In this document: piece by piece, positions 63,060-64,000 of the stretch | How the letters are laid out: each line of letters opens with the position of its first letter | Position numbering within the stretch: the stretch's first letter is position 1 | Assembly: GCA_963790045.1 (NCBI GenBank) | Contig: CAWBMS010000007.1 | Span: forward strand, 591,545 to 655,544 | Direction of reading: 5' to 3' | Source: Ignavibacteriota bacterium | GTDB lineage: Bacteria; Bacteroidota; Ignavibacteria; UBA10030 | DNA length: 64,000 bases | Position numbers and translations under genes: made by a program | The notes under the pieces: model-generated | What the model was told of the DNA's origin: nothing | The model's database searches: none | What the model saw: only the letters and a program-made list of their open reading frames with translations

Positions 63060-64000
63060 ATGATGAAATACCTTCTAACGATTGTGCTCTTTTGCTGGGC
63101 CTCCATGCTGTGTGCACAGGATTGGCCCCGCGAGGTAGTAAGCACCGAAGGTACCATTACGATGTACCAGCCGCAGATCGAATCGTACTCGGGAAATTCT
63201 CTGAAGGCACGTGCTGCCATTTCCTTTCTTCCGGAAGGAAAAGACGATCCCGTCTTCGGTGCGATATGGATCGATTGCCGCGTATTGACCGACCGCCCGA
63301 CACGAACCGTGACGCTGGAAGAAATGGAAGTACGAAGAACCCGATTTCCTTCCGGCACCGATGTGGATACGGCAAAGGTCGCTGCGGCATTGGAAGAAAA
63401 GATACCGCATTTTAACCTCACGTTTTCACTCGACCTGCTTTTAGAAAGTGTTGAAACTGCTCAGAAAGAGAAAGAATCCATCAGCGAACTTGAAACGACT
63501 CCGCCGAAAATTATCGTTATGGATCATCCTGCTGTTCTGGTTCGTATCGATGGCGATCCCATTTTCAGCGGCAAAGAGGGAACATCTCTGGCACGTGCAG
63601 TCAATACGCCGTATTTTTTAGTGCAAGACCGAAGCGCCAAACTATTCTATCTTCATGGAGGAGATTACTGGTTCAGCGCTGCAACTATTCACGGCCCATG
63701 GAATCAAACGGATATTCCTCCGCAATCGGTTGTTGATCTTTATGAGCAAACAATATCTGATGACACATTGGAAGCAGATTCCATCGCTAATGATTTTGTA
63801 TCAAGCACCGGTAAATTGCCGGAGATTATTGTAAGCACTGAGCCCGCCGAATTGATTGCAACCGACGGCGCAATTCAATTTGCACCGATTGAAGGAACCG
63901 AACTTCTGTATGCGAGCAATACACCAAGCCGTGTCTTTCTGGAAATCAATACACAGACATATTTTATTCTTATTTCCGGGCGATGGTTCACTGCAGCAAA
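63060..64000 (+). CDS. secreted hypothetical protein, 5' part (runs off the window)
   Basis: Not in the ORF track (no stop). AAAGGAA upstream. MMKYLLTIVLFCWASMLCAQ signal peptide, then an open frame to position 64000. The antisense track ORFs here are shadows. Confidence 0.55.
   Translation, partial: MMKYLLTIVLFCWASMLCAQDWPREVVSTEGTITMYQPQIESYSGNSLKARAAISFLPEGKDDPVFGAIWIDCRVLTDRPTRTVTLEEMEVRRTRFPSGTDVDTAKVAAALEEKIPHFNLTFSLDLLLESVETAQKEKESISELETTPPKIIVMDHPAVLVRIDGDPIFSGKEGTSLARAVNTPYFLVQDRSAKLFYLHGGDYWFSAATIHGPWNQTDIPPQSVVDLYEQTISDDTLEADSIANDFVSSTGKLPEIIVSTEPAELIATDGAIQFAPIEGTELLYASNTPSRVFLEINTQTYFILISGRWFTAA

Overview
This 64-kb chromosomal window looks like an Ignavibacteria-like or Bacteroidota/Chlorobi-group (FCB) bacterium. 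The taxonomic hints are two proteins ending in NYPNPFNP-type T9SS sorting domains, plus GWxTD, DUF3108, DUF1015 and BNR-lipoprotein genes.

**Housekeeping backbone**
- an NtrC-type two-component operon followed by sixA, then add
- a lipid-linked glycosylation cluster (three ArnT/PMT-like GT-C membrane proteins plus a GT2 polyprenol-phosphate glycosyltransferase) and a GT9 gene
- cdsA, rimO, a BamA-like gene, a UbiA prenyltransferase, rnhB, yraN, pncB and uvrA
- an RlmI-like methyltransferase, and serC separated from serA-like/DUF1015
- a four-subunit 2-oxoacid:ferredoxin oxidoreductase, and ftcD-hutI

**Accessory or unusual content**
1. A minus-strand operon at 38.5-44.4 kb resembles a chaperone-usher fimbrial system. 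It has three DUF4402-like subunits, a PapD-like chaperone candidate and a ~1000-aa usher-like protein ending in a SPOR-like module. This is my best candidate for an uncharacterised system.
2. A repeat-dense region at 51.7-58.2 kb contains:
   - an ORF made of 16 tandem heptads
   - GTAG-headed REP/REPIN-like hairpin doublets
   - small lipoprotein genes sharing conserved 5' modules
   - two copies of a small Cys-rich DUF6485-like gene
3. A minimal IS1595-family insertion sequence lies at 60.0-60.8 kb.
4. An integration scar duplicates the 3' end of add around decayed RhuM-like fragments.
5. A (TATTC)8 microsatellite sits 17 nt upstream of a BNR lipoprotein gene.

At least nine single-nucleotide frame disruptions interrupt otherwise conserved genes. 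I cannot tell assembly indel errors from real gene decay without reads. I recognised no rRNA, tRNA or CRISPR array by eye. All family assignments rest on motif recognition from the translated ORFs, not on database searches.
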